18,627 nt of DNA, from the NCBI GenBank assembly GCA_044220955.1, contig JBGAQA010000117.1, forward strand, positions 1-18,627, given 5' to 3'. Each line of letters opens with the position of its first letter. Positions within the stretch are counted from its first letter, which is position 1. The notes beneath the pieces are model-generated. The model searched no databases. It was given only the letters and a program-made list of their open reading frames with translations, and was not told the DNA's origin. Shown one piece after another: positions 1 through 10,045 of this stretch. Both the position numbers and the translations under genes were made by a program. The DNA comes from Sandaracinaceae bacterium. Its GTDB lineage: Bacteria > Myxococcota_A > Polyangia > Polyangiales > Sandaracinaceae.

Positions 1-218
1 CGGAACGAGGCGCAGGCGGCCGGGCGGTCGGCGTAGACGGCGCAGAGGCCGGCGTGGGCCGGGCACGGCTGGGGGAGCTTCCAGCGGCCGCCGTCGTCGT
101 GGACAGGGAGCCTCCTCGCCAGGAGTCGCGTCGCCTCGTCGGCCGTGAGATCGACGGAGGAGAAGAGCTCTCCCGTGCAACACAGGCCGCATTCCACGCA
201 GAGGTCCGCCGCGCTCAT
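1..218 (-). CDS. YkgJ-family CxxCxxCC cysteine-cluster (Zn/Fe-chelating) protein, 3' end truncated by window edge
   Basis: Manual translation from ATG at 218 (overlaps the SulP-CA stop as ATGA, 215-218): MSAADLCVECGLCCTGELFSSVDLTADEATRLLARRLPVHDDGGRWKLPQPCPAHAGLCAVYADRPAACASF... Contains CxxCxxCC plus the family-typical C-P...C-x-x-Y-x-x-R-P-x-x-C pattern. Not in the supplied ORF track. Confidence 0.88.
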   Translation of the reverse strand, partial: MSAADLCVECGLCCTGELFSSVDLTADEATRLLARRLPVHDDGGRWKLPQPCPAHAGLCAVYADRPAACASF

Positions 219-2512
219 CGGCTGTCCTTCTCGGGGGCGAGCGGGGGCGGGAGCAGCGACGTCATCGAACCCATCCCGTGCGTGCCCATCACGGAGAAGG
301 CCTGTCGGCCCTCGTCCCACTCGAAGAGCTCGGCCTGGCCGACGTCGTAGAACCAGGCCGAGAGGCGCAGCTCGCCCTTGTCCTCGCGCTCGCGCACCTG
401 GCGGATCGTGCGAAGGTTCGCGAGCTGTCGCGACGTCGCCGCGCGGCACGCGGCGTCGAGCTCGGTGTGACCGTGCAGGTCGCCGCTCGCGTGCTCGGCG
501 CGCGCGAGCCAGCGCGAGAGGGACTCGAGCTCCGGCGGGACGTGCTGGCTCTTGAGCGCCTTGATCGCGCCGCACTGCGAGTGGCCGCAGACGATGACGT
601 TGCGCACGCCGAGCACGCCGACCGCGTACTCGACCGCGGCGGCCTCGCTCGGGAGGTTCTCCTCGCCCACCGGGGACACGAGCGCGCCGAGGCTGCGGAC
701 GATGAAGAGCTCGCCCGGGTGCGCGCCGGTCAAGAGCTCCGGGTTGATGCGCGAGTCGACGCAGGTGATCAGCAGCGTGTGCGGGCTCTGACCGTCCGCG
801 AGCTGATCGAAGAGCGGAAGGTAGTGCTCGCGCATCTCCTGCCGGAAGTGCTCGAGGCCCGCGAGCACGTGCGCCTGCGCGGAGAACGCGCCCGTGCGGC
901 CGACGAGGCGATCGACGTCCTTGTCGGACACCGCGAAGCGCTCCGCCAGCGTGCCCGCGGGGTCGGCGCGCAGGAGCGGCTCGCGGCACTGCGGCGCGAC
1001 GCCGAGGAGGGCGACGCGGCCGCCGCGCGTCTCGGCCGCACGGACGATCTCGACGAGGCGCGCCGACCCCGTGGCGTCGACGAACGACACGCTGCGCAGA
1101 TCCACGACGAGCCCGGCCTTCGCCTCGAGCCGGGCGAGCCGCGCGCCCAGGTCGAGGAGCATCGGCGCGGCGAGGAACGTCAGCGGGCCGCCGAGCGCCA
1201 CCTGGTGCGGGTCGCCGCCCTTCCCGGGCGAGAGGCTCGATCGGCTCCGCGCGACGCGCGCGACCGAGAGCAGGAGCGAGATCATCAGCCCGACGAGGGC
1301 ACCGCTCACGAGGCCGAGCAGCGTGATCGAGAGCAGCGTGACGACGGCGTTGGCGGCCTCCCACCGGGAGGCGCGGTAGAGCGCGCGGAGCGGGCGTGGA
1401 TCGAGCAGGCGCAGCCCGACCACGAGCACCGCGCCGCCGATCGCCGCCAGGGGAACGAAGCGGCCGATCGCGAGCACGATCACGCCGAACGCGCTCGCGG
1501 CGAGCGCGACCACCAGGCCGGCCAGGCGCGTCGAGGGCTCGGCGGCGCGCAGGGGCTCGGCGCGCGCGATGGACGCGGACGCGGGGAGCCCCCCGAGGAA
1601 CGCCAGCGCGATGCAGACGAGCCCGTTCGCGAGCAGATCCTGGTCCGGGTCGCCGCGTCGCTGCGGGTCGGCCTCACGCTGCGCGTTGGAGGAGAGCAGC
1701 GTCTCGAGCGAGCTCGAGAGGGCGAGCAGGACCGAGAGCCCGAGGATGGACGCGACGCCCGTGTGGGGGAAGGCCGGCGCCCCGAAGCGCGGCATCGAGA
1801 GCGCGCCCTCGCCGAGGGTCGGGAGCTCGGCCGCGAGCGCCCAGACGACGGGCGCCGAGACGAGCGTGGTGATCAGGGCCGCGGGGACGAGCGGCGCGAA
1901 GCGCAGCGCGAGCCCGGCGCCGAGGACCGTGCACCCGGCGACCACCATGCCGGGGACGGACGCGTGCGAGACGTGCGCTCCCAGGTGATCGAGCTGCTCG
2001 AGCGGCGAGAGGTCCGGAGGCGTGGCGAGCCCGAACGCGTGCGGTAGCGCCTGCAGCGTGAGGGCGGCGCCGAGCCCGAGAACGAAGCCGCGCGTGACGC
2101 CCAGCGGGACCATGGTCGCGAGCCGTCCGCCGCCGAGCACGCCCGCGACGAGCTGCAGCACCCCCGCGAGGAGGCACGCCAGCCCCAGCGACGCGGCGCC
2201 GTGCTCGACGACGAGGGCGGCGAGCGTCGCGCTGGCCGCGAGCGCCGGGCCCGACGAGCCGATGCGCGAGCCGCCGAGCAGCGTGCCGAGCACGCCGGCG
2301 ACGCCGACGGCGACGATCGCGGCGACCGGCGGGATGCCTGCGTCGACGGCGGCGAGCAGCGCGAGCGGGAGTACGAGCGAGGCCGCGCCGATGCCGGCGA
2401 GAGCGTCCCTCCTGGGCGCGCCGGTGCGCATCGCGGACAGATCGGGGCCGAGCGCGCGCAGACCAAGGTCCCAGCGCGGACGCAGAGCGCCCCACCTCGT
2501 GTCCCCAGACAC
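215..2512 (-). CDS. SulP/SLC26 anion (probably bicarbonate) transporter fused to STAS and beta-carbonic anhydrase domains
   Basis: SulP TM region (RDALAG...LPL, GGS...SGP, SLETLLS, GGLPASASIAR), STAS (GPLTFLAA...VVDLRSVSFVDATG) and beta-CA Zn ligands CVDSR (749-763) and HSQC (572-583) with GQSP and AAVEYAV. The real start is probably GTG 2512 or ATG 2431; the track's 2869 start overlaps the divergent gene. Confidence 0.92.
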   Translation of the reverse strand: MSGDTRWGALRPRWDLGLRALGPDLSAMRTGAPRRDALAGIGAASLVLPLALLAAVDAGIPPVAAIVAVGVAGVLGTLLGGSRIGSSGPALAASATLAALVVEHGAASLGLACLLAGVLQLVAGVLGGGRLATMVPLGVTRGFVLGLGAALTLQALPHAFGLATPPDLSPLEQLDHLGAHVSHASVPGMVVAGCTVLGAGLALRFAPLVPAALITTLVSAPVVWALAAELPTLGEGALSMPRFGAPAFPHTGVASILGLSVLLALSSSLETLLSSNAQREADPQRRGDPDQDLLANGLVCIALAFLGGLPASASIARAEPLRAAEPSTRLAGLVVALAASAFGVIVLAIGRFVPLAAIGGAVLVVGLRLLDPRPLRALYRASRWEAANAVVTLLSITLLGLVSGALVGLMISLLLSVARVARSRSSLSPGKGGDPHQVALGGPLTFLAAPMLLDLGARLARLEAKAGLVVDLRSVSFVDATGSARLVEIVRAAETRGGRVALLGVAPQCREPLLRADPAGTLAERFAVSDKDVDRLVGRTGAFSAQAHVLAGLEHFRQEMREHYLPLFDQLADGQSPHTLLITCVDSRINPELLTGAHPGELFIVRSLGALVSPVGEENLPSEAAAVEYAVGVLGVRNVIVCGHSQCGAIKALKSQHVPPELESLSRWLARAEHASGDLHGHTELDAACRAATSRQLANLRTIRQVREREDKGELRLSAWFYDVGQAELFEWDEGRQAFSVMGTHGMGSMTSLLPPPLAPEKDSR

Positions 2513-2518
2513 GCGGCG

Positions 2519-2524
2519 ATGATG
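2519..2524 (-). promoter_or_regulatory. Candidate -10 element (CATCAT) for a leaderless transcript starting at GTG 2512
   Basis: Minus strand reads GGG-CATCAT-CGCCGC-GTG: an xAxxxT hexamer 6 nt before the start codon, with no SD. Confidence 0.3.
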
Positions 2525-2584
2525 CCCGACCTGGCGCGGGGGCGCGGCACCAAAGTGAGGTGCCTCTGGGCCGACGCGCGCGTG

Positions 2585-2590
2585 TAGAGT
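2585..2590 (+). promoter_or_regulatory. Candidate -10 element (TAGAGT) for a leaderless transcript starting at ATG 2598
   Basis: GTG-TAGAGT-CGAGGCG-ATG: TAnnnT 7 nt before the ATG in a divergent intergenic region. Confidence 0.45.
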
Positions 2591-2597
2591 CGAGGCG

Positions 2598-3014
2598 ATG
2601 AGCCAGGGACGGCGTGCGGTGCTCGCGGGTGTCGCGCTCGGCGCGCTCGTGACCGGGTGGGCCCTGGTGATGGGGGTGACGGGCTGGGCGTTCGACGAGA
2701 CGCTCTCCGCGCTCTTCGCGCTGGTGGTCGTCTTCGAGCTCGTCGTGCTCGTCCTCTTGCTGCGCGCGACCGCGGCCGAGAACCGATTCCTCGCGCAGGT
2801 CCGCATCGGGACGCTCGCGGCCGCGGGGGTCGCGGCGCCGGTCGTGTTCGCGCAGTCGCTCGCGTTCACGACGCTCCTCTACCCCGAGTACGTCGCGGCC
2901 CACCCGGAGTCGGGCGGTCCGCTCGCACAGGCGCTCGCCGGCGTGGCGGGCACGATCGGGACCGGCGTCGTTGGCTCGGCGCTGATCGGCGCGCTCGTGC
3001 GCAAGCCCGGGTAG
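2598..3014 (+). CDS. Small 4-TM membrane protein, DUF4199-like
   Basis: 138 aa, four hydrophobic segments, a 'TTLLYPEY' after TM3 and a basic C-terminus (ALVRKPG), resembling DUF4199 proteins. Confidence 0.65.
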   Translation: MSQGRRAVLAGVALGALVTGWALVMGVTGWAFDETLSALFALVVVFELVVLVLLLRATAAENRFLAQVRIGTLAAAGVAAPVVFAQSLAFTTLLYPEYVAAHPESGGPLAQALAGVAGTIGTGVVGSALIGALVRKPG

Positions 3015-3086
3015 CCCCGCTGCGGCCCCGGTCCACGATGACCGCTTGCTCCATCGGCGTCTCCGAACCATCGTCCGAGCCTGCGG

Positions 3087-5840
3087 ATGGCCGACGGCGC
3101 TGCTCGTCCCGAGCTCGATCTCACGGCGCTCGCGCCGATGCTGGGAGCGGTGTGTCAGGAGTACCGTGACCGCCATCGCTCGGCGCTCGCGGCGCGCGTC
3201 CGATCCGGCGAGAGCGGGCTCTCGGTGGCGTCGGCCCACGCGCGGATCGTCGACGGGATGCTCTCCGCGCTCTTCTGTGCGGCCGAGGCGACGCTGCGCA
3301 CGCGAGGAGAGAAGGTGCGGCTCGCGCTCGCGGCGGTCGGCGGCTACGGCCGAGGCCTGCTCGGGCTCTGTAGCGATCTCGACCTGATCGTCCTGTGCGA
3401 TCGGGCCGACGACCCACGCGCGGCGCAGGTCGCCGAGGCGCTGCTCTATCCGCTCTGGGATCTCGGCCTCGAGATCGGCCACGCGGTGCGTGGCGTCGAG
3501 GGCACGCTGCACCTCGCCCGCGAGGATCTGCGCACCGCGACGATGCTCCTCGACGTGCGCCGCGTGGCCGGCGACGCGTCTCTCGTCGACGAGCTGCTCA
3601 AGGGCGCGCGCCGTCAGGTCTTCGACCCCGGTGGGCTCGAGATCGTGCAGAAGCTCGTGGAAGAGCGCGTCGCGCGCCACGAGCGCTTCGGCGGGTCCCG
3701 CTACCTCCTCGAGCCCGACGTGAAGCACGGCTGCGGCGGCCTGCGCGACCTCGACCTCATCCTCTGGGCGACGCAGATCCGAAAGGGCGCGCGCACGCCG
3801 GAAGAGGCCGTCCGCGCGAGCCTCCTCGTGAGCCGGGAGGCCGAGGCGCTCGCCGCCGCGCGCGATGCATTCTGGACGATCCGGCAGGAGCTCCACCTGC
3901 GCGCGGGGCGCCGCCAGGATCGGCTGACCTTCGAGGATCAAGAAGAGGTCGCCGTGCGTCTCGGGTACACCGACGAGGCGAGCGCCAGCACCCCCGGCGG
4001 GATGCTCGGCGTCGAGCGGTTCATGCAGAGCTACTACCGCCACGCCCGAGCGGTGGAGCAGGTGGGCGAGCGCGTGCTCGAGGCGGCCTGCGAGCCCGAG
4101 CGACGGGAGCGCGCACGCAGCGAGGACAACGGGGATGGCACGCTCGCCTTCGACGGCCGCATCACGCTGAAGGACAGCGAGCGGCTCGCGACGGACCCCG
4201 CGCTGGCCCTGCGCCTCTACCGGCAGGTGATGCGCCGCGGGATGCCCGCCTACGGCTTCGCGCGCGAGGCGATCGCGCGCGTCTCCGCCGACCCCGCGTG
4301 GGGCGCGGCGCTCCGCGAGAGCCACGAGGCCCGTGAGATCTTCCGCGAGCTGCTCTCGACGAGCGCCGAAGCGCCGGCGCGTCCCGGCTCGACGCGGAGC
4401 GGCTCGATCCTCGGCGAGCTGCACGAGGTCGGCCTCTTGCTCGCGATGCTGCCGGAGTTCGAGCCCGTGACCGGGCGCGTCCAGCACGACGTCTATCACG
4501 TGTACACGGTGGACGTTCACTCGATCGCGGCCGTGGATCGCCTGCGCGCGGTGCTGCGCGGCGACGAGGCCGAGGCGCTGGCGCTCGCGACGCAGCTCGC
4601 GAGCGAGGCCCCGTCCACGGTCGCGCTCTTCGTCGGCGTGCTGCTCCACGACGTCGGCAAGGGACGTGGCCGCGATCACTCGCTCATCGGCGCCGAGCTC
4701 GCCCAGCCCGCCGCGCTCCGCCTCGGGCTCTCGGTGGAGGATGCGGCGCACGTCGAGTGGCTCGTCCGCGATCACCTGCGCCTCTATCACTGGGCGATGC
4801 GTCGCGACACGAGCGACCCCGCGACCCTGCGCGAGATCGTCGAGGCCATCGGCACGGTCGAGCGACTGCGCGATCTCTATCTGCTGACGCTCGTCGACCT
4901 CGGGACCACGAGCCCGACGGCGCTCTCGTCGTGGAAGGCGCGCATGCTCGACGACCTCTTCGTCGCCGCCCGCGCCGCGATCGAGGCCGCCGCGAGCGGG
5001 ACGACGCCGCCCTCGCGCGCCGCGCAGCTGCGCGCCCAGGCCCGCGCGACGTTCGCCGGCACGCCCGAGGGCGAGGCGACCCTCGCGTTCGTGACGGAGA
5101 TGCCGGACCGCTACCTGGTGACGCACGGTCTCACGCTGGGCGCCGAGCACGCCGCCATCGCGCGCGCGCGCGGCGACCACGCGGTGCACGTGGCCGCGAC
5201 CGGGCACGCCCCGGGTATCGAGGGAGAGGGCGAGCTGGTGGTGGTCACCGACGATCGTCCCGGCTTGCTGGCGGACATCGCCGCGGTGCTGGCGGGCAAC
5301 CGCCTGGCCATCCAGAGCGCGCACATCTACACGCGCAGCCGCGCGACCGGCGCCGAGGCGTTCGACGTCTTCCAGGTGCGCCGCCACGGCGTCGCCGACG
5401 GCAACCCGCTGGACGACGCGACGCTCGGGCGCGTGCGCCGCGACCTCGAGGCGCTGCTCGATGGAAAGGTCACGCTCGGCGACGTCCTGGCGCGCCGGCC
5501 GAGCGCGCCTTCGTGGGCCGAGCGGAAGCGGCCGGCGGTGCGGACCGAGATCCTCTTCGACAACGACGTCTCGCCGCGCTTCACGGTGATCGACGTGTTC
5601 ACGCTCGATCGCTTCGGCCTGCTGCACGCGATCGCGCGCGCTCTCCACGAGGCGGGGCTCTCGATCGGGCTCTCGAAGGTGTCCACGGAGGGCGAGCGGG
5701 TCGCCGACGTGTTCTACGTCACGTGCGCCGACGGCCGGAAGCTCGACCCGGCGGGCGGCGAGGCGGTGCGGGCCGCGCTCTTGCGCGCCATCGAGGCGCT
5801 CGCGGAGCCGAGCCCCGGCAGCGTGCGGCCCGGGCCATGA
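3087..5840 (+). CDS. glnD: Bifunctional [protein-PII] uridylyltransferase / uridylyl-removing enzyme
   Basis: NT motif AVGGYGR...SDLDL; LLEPDVKHGCGGLRDL; HD domain (YHVYTVDVHS, LLHDVGKG, DHS); two C-terminal ACT domains (DRPGLLADIA, DRFGLLHAIA...GERVADVFYV). 917 aa; alternative start at ATG 3138. Confidence 0.96.
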   Translation: MADGAARPELDLTALAPMLGAVCQEYRDRHRSALAARVRSGESGLSVASAHARIVDGMLSALFCAAEATLRTRGEKVRLALAAVGGYGRGLLGLCSDLDLIVLCDRADDPRAAQVAEALLYPLWDLGLEIGHAVRGVEGTLHLAREDLRTATMLLDVRRVAGDASLVDELLKGARRQVFDPGGLEIVQKLVEERVARHERFGGSRYLLEPDVKHGCGGLRDLDLILWATQIRKGARTPEEAVRASLLVSREAEALAAARDAFWTIRQELHLRAGRRQDRLTFEDQEEVAVRLGYTDEASASTPGGMLGVERFMQSYYRHARAVEQVGERVLEAACEPERRERARSEDNGDGTLAFDGRITLKDSERLATDPALALRLYRQVMRRGMPAYGFAREAIARVSADPAWGAALRESHEAREIFRELLSTSAEAPARPGSTRSGSILGELHEVGLLLAMLPEFEPVTGRVQHDVYHVYTVDVHSIAAVDRLRAVLRGDEAEALALATQLASEAPSTVALFVGVLLHDVGKGRGRDHSLIGAELAQPAALRLGLSVEDAAHVEWLVRDHLRLYHWAMRRDTSDPATLREIVEAIGTVERLRDLYLLTLVDLGTTSPTALSSWKARMLDDLFVAARAAIEAAASGTTPPSRAAQLRAQARATFAGTPEGEATLAFVTEMPDRYLVTHGLTLGAEHAAIARARGDHAVHVAATGHAPGIEGEGELVVVTDDRPGLLADIAAVLAGNRLAIQSAHIYTRSRATGAEAFDVFQVRRHGVADGNPLDDATLGRVRRDLEALLDGKVTLGDVLARRPSAPSWAERKRPAVRTEILFDNDVSPRFTVIDVFTLDRFGLLHAIARALHEAGLSIGLSKVSTEGERVADVFYVTCADGRKLDPAGGEAVRAALLRAIEALAEPSPGSVRPGP

Positions 5841-6883
5841 CCGGACGCAACGTGGCCTCGCTCCTCCTCGTGTCGCTCGCGCTGGCGTGCACGCCGCAGA
5901 GCACCGCGTCGTCGCGCACGGGCACCGGCGCCGGCACGGGCACGGGCGGCGAAGACGACCCGATCATGTTCGAGGACGAGGCGGAGGCCGCTGCGGCGCC
6001 ACCCGCCTCGCCCGAGGTGACCGAGGCGGAGAACACGCTGGCCGAGGGCCGTCCGCGCGAGGCGCGGACGATGCTCGAGGCGGTGGTCGCCGCGCATCCG
6101 GGCGATCTGCGCGCGTGGCTCGACCTCGGGCTCGCGCGCGAGATGCTCGACGACCTCGAGGGCGCCGAGCAGGCGTACCGCTCGGCGCTGACGGCGAGCC
6201 CGGAGTTCACGGAGGCCATGAACAACCTCGGAACGCTCCTGCGCGACACCGAGCGCCTCGACGACGGCATCGCCATGCTGCGCCACGCGATCGAGCTGCG
6301 GCCCGGGTTCGCCTCGGCGCACCTCAACCTCGGCCTCGCGCTCGAGGACGCGGACGACGACGCGGGGGCGGCGGCCGAGTACCGGACGGTGATGCGCCTG
6401 GCCCCTCGCGAGCCGACGTGCCGCACCCAGCTCGGCCTCTTGCTGCTGCGGCAGGGCGACACGGCGCAGGCTCTCATCGAGCTGCGCCGCGCGCTCCCGC
6501 TCGCCGACGGTGACGCCGCGGTCCTGTCCGCGATCGGCAGCGGACTCCGACGCGCGGGGGATCCCGCGATGGCCGTGCGCGCGCTGAACGACGCGGTCGA
6601 GGCGTCCGAGGGGGACGTCCCGGCGGCGCTCACCGCCGAGCTCGCGCTCGCCGAGTTCGCCTCCGGCTCCCGCCCTCGGGCCGAGCAGCGGCTCCGCGAC
6701 CTCGTGACGAGCGAGCCCGACTACGCGACGAGCCACTACCTGCTCGGGAACATGCTCGCCGCGCGCCAGGCATGGGCCGACGCCGCGGCCGAGTACCAGG
6801 CGTTCCTGAGCGCCGCCCCCGCTGCCCCCGAGGCGAGCGACGCCCGCGGGCGACTCCGCTACGTCCAGCAGCAGGCGCACTGA
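5837..6883 (+). CDS. Tetratricopeptide-repeat lipoprotein (348 aa)
   Basis: ATG 5837 overlaps the glnD stop (ATGA). Signal peptide with lipobox LALA-C18, Gly/Thr- and acidic linker, then multiple TPRs (AWLDLG, AMNNLG, AHLNLG, SHYLLG). The track's 4757 start is a spurious upstream extension. Confidence 0.88.
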   Translation: MTGRNVASLLLVSLALACTPQSTASSRTGTGAGTGTGGEDDPIMFEDEAEAAAAPPASPEVTEAENTLAEGRPREARTMLEAVVAAHPGDLRAWLDLGLAREMLDDLEGAEQAYRSALTASPEFTEAMNNLGTLLRDTERLDDGIAMLRHAIELRPGFASAHLNLGLALEDADDDAGAAAEYRTVMRLAPREPTCRTQLGLLLLRQGDTAQALIELRRALPLADGDAAVLSAIGSGLRRAGDPAMAVRALNDAVEASEGDVPAALTAELALAEFASGSRPRAEQRLRDLVTSEPDYATSHYLLGNMLAARQAWADAAAEYQAFLSAAPAAPEASDARGRLRYVQQQAH

Positions 6884-6905
6884 ACCCGGACGGGCCGGTC
6901 TCCGC

Positions 6906-7628
6906 GTGACCAGCGTTCTGCAGGCGACGGCTCTGACGAAGGTCTACCGCATGGGCGAGGTCGACGTGCGCGCGCTGCGCGGGGTCGACTTCGAGCTCGC
7001 GGCCTCGGAGCTGGTCGTGCTCGTGGGCGCGTCCGGCAGCGGCAAGTCCACGCTGCTCAACATCCTGGGCGGCCTCGACACGCCGACGTCGGGGACCGTC
7101 GTCTACCGCGATCGCGGGGGCGGCGCGTCCCACGACCTCACGCGGGCCAACGACCGCGCGCTGACGCTCTTCCGGCGGGAGCACGTGGGCTTCGTGTTCC
7201 AGTTCTACAACCTCGTGCCGAGCCTCACCGCGCGCGAGAACGTCGAGCTCGTGACCGACGTCGCCGCCGCGCCGATGAGCGCCGCCGAGGTCCTCGGGAT
7301 GGTCGGGCTCGGCGACAGGATGGACCACTTCCCGGCCCAGCTCTCCGGCGGCGAGCAGCAGCGCGTCGCGATCGCCCGCGCGGTCGCCAAGCGGCCCGAC
7401 CTGCTCCTCTGCGACGAGCCCACGGGCGCGCTCGACTACAAGACCGGACTGCTCGTGCTGGAGGTGATCGAGCGCGTCAACCGCGAGCTCGGGACGGCGA
7501 CCGTCGTGATCACCCACAACGCGCCCATCGCCGCCATGGCCGATCGGATCGTCACCCTCGCGGACGGCCTGGTCCAGAGCGATCGGAAGAACGAGCGGCG
7601 GGTGGCGATCTCGGAGATCTCGTGGTGA
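6906..7628 (+). CDS. ABC transporter ATP-binding subunit, LolD/MacB (MJ0796) family
   Basis: Walker [10 protein letters not shown]-loop GFVFQFYNL, signature [14 protein letters not shown], Walker [14 protein letters not shown]-loop ITHN. GTG start. Confidence 0.95.
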   Translation: MTSVLQATALTKVYRMGEVDVRALRGVDFELAASELVVLVGASGSGKSTLLNILGGLDTPTSGTVVYRDRGGGASHDLTRANDRALTLFRREHVGFVFQFYNLVPSLTARENVELVTDVAAAPMSAAEVLGMVGLGDRMDHFPAQLSGGEQQRVAIARAVAKRPDLLLCDEPTGALDYKTGLLVLEVIERVNRELGTATVVITHNAPIAAMADRIVTLADGLVQSDRKNERRVAISEISW

Positions 7629-7635
7629 GGGGCCG

Positions 7636-10035
7636 GTGCGCGCGCTGAACCGCAAGCTGCTCCGCGACGTCGTCCACCAGCGCTGGCAGGCGCTCTCGAT
7701 CGCGCTCGTCGTCGCGGCCGGGGTCGCCTCGTACGTCTGCATCCGAGGCGCGTACGACTCCTTGGAGAGCGCGCGCGACCACTACTACGCGCGGACGCGA
7801 TTCCCCGACGTGTGGGCGTCGCTGTCTCGGGCGCCCGAGCACGTCGCCGACGAGCTCGGAGCGATCGAGGGCGTGGCCGCGGTCTACGCCCGGATCTCGC
7901 GCGCCGCGCTCATGCCCCTGCCCGGATCGCTCGAGCCGGTGACGGCGCAGGTCGTCTCCATCCCGGCGCAGGGCGAGCCGCCGCTCGCCGCGCTCCACGT
8001 CTCCGAGGGGCGCCTCCCCGAGCCCGGGAGGAGCGACGAGGCGGCGCTGCTCGAGGTCTTCGCTGCACACCGGGGCATCCGGGTCGGGGACACGATCCCG
8101 CTCGTCCTCGACGGTGCCCGCCGCGACGTGCGCGTCGTCGCGCTCGCGAGCTCGCCCGAGTACGTCCTCGCGGCGCAGGAGGGAGTCGTGCCCGGCGAGG
8201 ATCGGTTCGCCGTCGTCTGGGTGCGGGCCCCGGTGCTCGAGGCCGCCTTCGATCTCGACGGGTCCTTCGACGAGGTGCTGGTCTCGCTCGATCGTGCGCA
8301 TCGCGACGCGCAGCTCAGCGCGTTCGGCACCGAGGGGGCGCACGAGCGCGGGATCCTGCACGCGATCGACGCGGTGCTCGAGCCCTGGGGCGGCCGGGGT
8401 GCGACGCCGCGCCGGCTCCAGTTCTCGCACTACGCTCTCTCCGGCGAGCTCGAGCAGCTCAGCGGCATGGCGACGTTCGTCCCGGCCCTCTTCCTGTTCG
8501 TCGCCGCGTTCCTGCTCAATGTGTCGCTCTCGCGGATGATCGAGCTGCAGCGTCCGGAGATCGCCGTGCTCAAGTGCCTCGGCTACACCGCGGGCGAGAT
8601 CGGGCGTCACTACCTGGCGTTCGCCGTGCTCATCGCCTCGATCGGCGGCGCGCTCGGCGTCGCGGTGGGCGCGTGGATGGGCGACGGGCTCGTCGATCTC
8701 TACCTCGAGTTCTTCCGGCTCCCGGGCGAGAGCTTCGAACTGACGCCCGGCCTCGCGCTCGTCGGGGCCGTCGTCAGCCTCGGCTCCGCCGTGGTCGGCG
8801 GGCTGGCCGCGGTGCGGCGCGTGACCCAGCTCGCCCCCGCCGAGGCCATGCGCGCGCCGACGCCGACGAGCTACCACCGCACCCCGCTCTCGCGCGGGCC
8901 CTGGATGCGCCTGCTCGAGATGGCGGGCACGATCGTCCTTCGAGAGGCCGAGCGGCGCCCGCTACGCGTGCTGCTCTCGGCGGTGGGGATCGCCTTCTCG
9001 GTCGCGATCATGGTGGTGGGCCACTTCCAGGCCGACGTGCTCGACGCGCTGGTGGGCGAGCTCTTCGAGCACGGCATGCGCGAGGATCTCTCCGTGCAGC
9101 TGCTGCGGCCGGCGCCGGCGCGCGCGCTCGGGGAGCTCGCGCACCTGCCCGGCGTGCTGCGGGTGGAGGGGATGCGCAGCGCCATGGCACGCATCTCGTT
9201 CGACGGGCGCCACCGTGACGTGGCGATCCAGGCGCCGGGCGACGACGTCACGATGCGGCTCGTGATCGAGCAGGGCGGGACCGTCCACGCGACCCCCGAC
9301 GAGGGCATCGTGCTGACGCGCAAGCTCGCGGAGGTGCTCGGAGCCCCGGTCGGCAGCGAGGTCCGGGTGGACGTGCTCGACGGTCAGCGTCCGAGCGGCA
9401 CGCTGCGCGTCGTGGGCCTGGCCGACGAGATGTTCGGCCTCTTCGGGCACGTCTCGTCCGCCACGATGACGCGCCTGCTCGACGAGGAGCCCTCGTTCGA
9501 CGTGGCGCTGATGCGCCTCGACGAGACGCGCCTGCCTGCGCTGCGCGCCGCGCTCGCTCGCTACCCTGGCATCGCGCAGCTGGTGCGTCGCAGGGCGATC
9601 GTCGAGTCGTTCCACGAGCGCACCGGCCGCTCGATGTCCGTGATGACCACCGTGATGACGATCTTCGCGATGATCATCGCGATCGGCGTGGTCTACAACA
9701 ACATGCGCGTCACGCTCTCGATGCGGGCGCGCGATCTCGCCACCATGCGCGTGCTCGGCTTCACGCGGGGCGAGGTCGGCTCGGTGCTCTTCGGCGAGAT
9801 GGTGCTGCACCTCGTGGTCGGGGTGCCCATCGGGCTCTGGCTGGGCCACTATTTCTGCGTGCTCATCATGGGGTCCGTCGACCCGGAGCGCTACCGCTGG
9901 CCGCTGACGCTCACGCCTGCCACGTACGCCTACGCAGCGCTCACCGTGCTGGTCGCGTCGCTCTCGTGCTGGCTCTTCGTGCGGCGGCGCCTCGATCGGC
10001 TGGATCTCATCGCCGTGCTCAAGACCCGGGAGTGA
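7636..10035 (+). CDS. ABC transporter permease, FtsX/MacB-like with two tandem TM + periplasmic repeats (799 aa)
   Basis: Two FtsX-type repeats ([14 protein letters not shown] and [14 protein letters not shown]), each preceded by a TM and a large periplasmic domain; C-terminal [11 protein letters not shown]. Confidence 0.92.
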   Translation: MRALNRKLLRDVVHQRWQALSIALVVAAGVASYVCIRGAYDSLESARDHYYARTRFPDVWASLSRAPEHVADELGAIEGVAAVYARISRAALMPLPGSLEPVTAQVVSIPAQGEPPLAALHVSEGRLPEPGRSDEAALLEVFAAHRGIRVGDTIPLVLDGARRDVRVVALASSPEYVLAAQEGVVPGEDRFAVVWVRAPVLEAAFDLDGSFDEVLVSLDRAHRDAQLSAFGTEGAHERGILHAIDAVLEPWGGRGATPRRLQFSHYALSGELEQLSGMATFVPALFLFVAAFLLNVSLSRMIELQRPEIAVLKCLGYTAGEIGRHYLAFAVLIASIGGALGVAVGAWMGDGLVDLYLEFFRLPGESFELTPGLALVGAVVSLGSAVVGGLAAVRRVTQLAPAEAMRAPTPTSYHRTPLSRGPWMRLLEMAGTIVLREAERRPLRVLLSAVGIAFSVAIMVVGHFQADVLDALVGELFEHGMREDLSVQLLRPAPARALGELAHLPGVLRVEGMRSAMARISFDGRHRDVAIQAPGDDVTMRLVIEQGGTVHATPDEGIVLTRKLAEVLGAPVGSEVRVDVLDGQRPSGTLRVVGLADEMFGLFGHVSSATMTRLLDEEPSFDVALMRLDETRLPALRAALARYPGIAQLVRRRAIVESFHERTGRSMSVMTTVMTIFAMIIAIGVVYNNMRVTLSMRARDLATMRVLGFTRGEVGSVLFGEMVLHLVVGVPIGLWLGHYFCVLIMGSVDPERYRWPLTLTPATYAYAALTVLVASLSCWLFVRRRLDRLDLIAVLKTRE

Positions 10036-10045
10036 GGGACCGAAC

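Noticed and set aside
2513..2869. N-terminal extension of the SulP ORF in the track
   Set aside because: It is antisense to the 2598-3014 membrane gene and has no SulP similarity; homology begins near 2431-2512.
1674..5648. 1324-aa minus-strand ORF, plus other long antisense or alternate-frame ORFs (278-2047, 5714-6880, 7552-8877, 11925-13397, 14482-16011, 16675-18042)
   Set aside because: They shadow well-supported genes and give Arg/Ala/Gly-rich, motif-free translations, as expected from stop-codon scarcity in very high-GC DNA.
5916..5950. GGCACG/GGCACC short repeats
   Set aside because: They simply encode the GTGAGTGTGG linker of the TPR lipoprotein.
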